From: Chloroflexota bacterium
GTDB lineage: Bacteria > Chloroflexota > UBA11872 > VXOZ01
Length of the DNA stretch: 64,000 bases
NCBI GenBank assembly: GCA_965221905.1
Contig: OZ244922.1
Span: forward strand, 3,296,001-3,360,000
Reading direction: 5' to 3'
In this document: positions 61,702 to 64,000 of the stretch, piece by piece
Numbering within the stretch: position 1 is the first letter of the stretch
Layout: the number at the start of each line of letters is the position of its first letter
The notes under the pieces: model-generated
Database searches by the model: none
Seen by the model: only the letters and a program-made list of their open reading frames with translations
Told to the model about the DNA's origin: nothing
Position numbers and translations under genes: made by a program

Positions 61702-63072
61702 TTAGCCACCTTCCGCCAATACGCCGTTAAGCAGCTTCACGGCCTCGGAGAACGCCTCCGGCACGGTGAGTTCCTGCACATTCAGGGCGTCCCACACCGG
61801 TTTGGTAGCTTCGTTGCCCTTGGACGTGTGCACCCACGGGTACGGCCCGGAATTGTCGGCGATGATCTCCAGGTCCTTCAGCACCGGACGTTCTGCCACG
61901 CGCGCCAGCCATGCGTCGCTCTGGTAGAACTCCTTGCGACCGGCATTCCGAGAGAGGATACCGGCGAAGTACTTCTCCAGAGTGGGTTCGCTGTTCACCC
62001 AGGACATCCAATCCCAGGCGAGGTCCGGATCCGGCGAGACGCTGAAGAGGCACCACTGATTCGTCCAGGTTACGCTGCCCGGCGTCGTGCCGCTGGGACC
62101 CTTGGGGAAGGGCGCAAAGTCGAATTCCAACTCCGCATTGCGGCCGAAGATGTACCCCACCCTCCACGAACCTTGGGCGTCCATGACGATCTGCTCGTTG
62201 TCGAAGGTCGCGCCTTCCGGCTTGGGGCCGAACTTGTGCTTCTGGCGCAGGTCTTCCTTGAACTGGCCCGCGGCTATGCCTTCCGGAGAATCGAAAGCTG
62301 CTGCCGACCAATCGCTGGCATAGAGCCGGGCGCCATTGGGGTAGATCCACCGCGCTATACCATAGATGCTAAAGCCGTCCGCGTCATAGCCCAAGCGCGT
62401 GATATTTTCGCCATCCACTTCGTGCACCTTCTGAGTATATTCCAAGAACTGGTCCCAATCCCAATTCCAGGTAACTTCGCGCGAGGGGTCGAGACCCGCG
62501 TCGGTCAGCAGGCGCGTGTTGAGCCCCAAAACGGTGGTTGAGGGGCCGTCATACGGAATGCCGTAGGTCATGCCGTTGTGCACGTTGAAGAAGCGACCGG
62601 AGTCCACGAACTTGTCGGGCGCCATGTCGGGATTCCTAGCTTGGAACGGGTCGAGCGGCTGCAGAAAGTCTTTCAGCAACCAGTTCAAGATGAAGGCTAC
62701 CGAGACCTGCGAAGAGTCAACTTGCTCGCCGGCGGCAATCATCGTGGTCACATGATCCTGCACGCCTATCGTGCCTTTTACGAACACGTACTCAACGGTC
62801 GTGCCGGGATTGAGATCCTGGAAGTCGGCCTTGATGCCGCTAAAGTACTCGTCCAACGTCGGCGAGCCGCCAGGAACCCACCAGTCAGTGTGCACGACTT
62901 TGCGCGCTTCGGGCGCCTTTGCGGCCGTCTCAGCCTTGGGCGCTTCGGCCTCTGCCTCGGTCTCCGTCATAGCGCCGGTCTGCGCGCCGCAGGCCGCCAG
63001 CAGCACGCCGCCGCCTACCACGCCACTCCAGCCAAGGAGAGAGCGTCGACTAAGTCGTCCATTGGTCCTCAT
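61702..63072 (-). CDS. ABC solute-binding Tat lipoprotein, tandem copy 4
   Basis: Paralog; most divergent central part. Confidence 0.88.
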   Translation of the reverse strand: MRTNGRLSRRSLLGWSGVVGGGVLLAACGAQTGAMTETEAEAEAPKAETAAKAPEARKVVHTDWWVPGGSPTLDEYFSGIKADFQDLNPGTTVEYVFVKGTIGVQDHVTTMIAAGEQVDSSQVSVAFILNWLLKDFLQPLDPFQARNPDMAPDKFVDSGRFFNVHNGMTYGIPYDGPSTTVLGLNTRLLTDAGLDPSREVTWNWDWDQFLEYTQKVHEVDGENITRLGYDADGFSIYGIARWIYPNGARLYASDWSAAAFDSPEGIAAGQFKEDLRQKHKFGPKPEGATFDNEQIVMDAQGSWRVGYIFGRNAELEFDFAPFPKGPSGTTPGSVTWTNQWCLFSVSPDPDLAWDWMSWVNSEPTLEKYFAGILSRNAGRKEFYQSDAWLARVAERPVLKDLEIIADNSGPYPWVHTSKGNEATKPVWDALNVQELTVPEAFSEAVKLLNGVLAEGG

Positions 63073-63321
63073 CGAGTGAAACCTCCTGAGCACTACCTAA
63101 CTACCTATTTTCGGCCACGCTAAAAATAGAGCATAGCACCTACCGTGTCAAGTAACTGTGTGCCAAGCCTCTCTCGAGTGCGCATTTCTTGGAGGACGGC
63201 GTTTAGACTAGACAGCCTGTCTCTATAAGCTATGCCGGTACGCAGGCACTCTACGGACCGCCTCCCTGCCGTGCGATCGTCCCTGCCGATCGTGCTCTGC
63301 CAAAGAGACCGATTAACGTCC

Positions 63322-64000
63322 TTACCACGCAAAAGCCACGCCCAGCCAGTCCGAACCGCCGCGCGCAATCATCTCGTAGGTCTCCGGCGCTTCTTCCGGC
63401 GCCATGCGGTGGGTGATGAGGTGATCGACGCGCAATGCGTCTCTAGCGAGCAACTGTAGAATTTCGTCTCGGTTGCGCTCCTGCGTCCACGGGTAGTAGG
63501 GATGCGCGATCATTGGCGAGCGCGGCTGGAGCACACCGATGATGCTGAGTTCCTTCGTCTGCATGGGATCGAAGAGCGGTATTTCCACGATGCGCGGGAT
63601 GCTCCCCACCAGTAGTATCTTGCCGCTCTGCGCCGCCATATCCATAAGCGTGCGGATGGCAGTCCCGCTGCGCGTGGCGTCGTAGCCACAGGTGACGCCC
63701 GCGCTGTCCGTCTCCTCCATTACACGCTGCACTACGTCTTCTTCAGAGGCGTTGATCAGGACAGGGGTGCCGCTCTGCACACCCGCTTCTAAACGCTCGG
63801 GGAAAACATCGATGCCGATCACCGGATGGACGCCGTTCAATCGCAAAAGCTGGCAGAGGAGTTGTCCCACCACTCCTTGCCCCACCACGGCAGCAGTCTG
63901 CCCCAACTTTGGCTCCGCTTTGCGAATGCCGTGCATCGCCACTGCCCCCAAGGTTGTGAACGTCGCGTCAGCCGGATCGACTCCCGTTGGCACGCGGAGC
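63322..64000 (-). CDS. MDR (zinc-type alcohol dehydrogenase-like) oxidoreductase, 5'-truncated by window edge
   Basis: AVVGQGVVG Rossmann motif, LITHR. Confidence 0.8.
   Translation of the reverse strand, partial: LRVPTGVDPADATFTTLGAVAMHGIRKAEPKLGQTAAVVGQGVVGQLLCQLLRLNGVHPVIGIDVFPERLEAGVQSGTPVLINASEEDVVQRVMEETDSAGVTCGYDATRSGTAIRTLMDMAAQSGKILLVGSIPRIVEIPLFDPMQTKELSIIGVLQPRSPMIAHPYYPWTQERNRDEILQLLARDALRVDHLITHRMAPEEAPETYEMIARGGSDWLGVAFAW

Noticed and set aside
56838-63072. Diversity-generating retroelement acting on the SBP array
   Set aside because: No reverse transcriptase or template repeat in the window. Variation is block-wise and I saw no adenine-specific pattern.

Overview
A GC-rich bacterial chromosome segment. 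Gene content and order suggest a monoderm such as Chloroflexota; this is inference only. Core loci are nusA-ylxR-infB-rbfA-DHH-truB-ribF, fabF-accB-bioY-acpP-SDR-rnc-smc, rny-spoVS, tRNA-Pro(CGG) and darA. Accessory content covers Tat-lipoprotein solute-binding proteins, sugar isomerases, a sulfatase, oxidoreductases, a Liv-type ABC transporter and several tandem paralog sets. Intergenic DNA is crowded with palindromic repeats, including GTAG-type REPs, an intact RAYT transposase and three head-to-tail REP arrays. Best candidates for new biology: (1) an NYN RNase gene preceded by a consensus promoter, a ~70-nt leader of two hairpins with an identical loop, and a terminator, i.e. a type III toxin-antitoxin-like layout; (2) an AT-richer DUF262 + HEPN pair splitting infB from rbfA; (3) four mosaic solute-binding paralogs whose promoter is homologous to that of rny; (4) a SAM-I-controlled ThrC-like + sulfur-carrier pair; (5) a DUF1971-globin fusion. 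All family calls are by eye from motifs; no searches were run.
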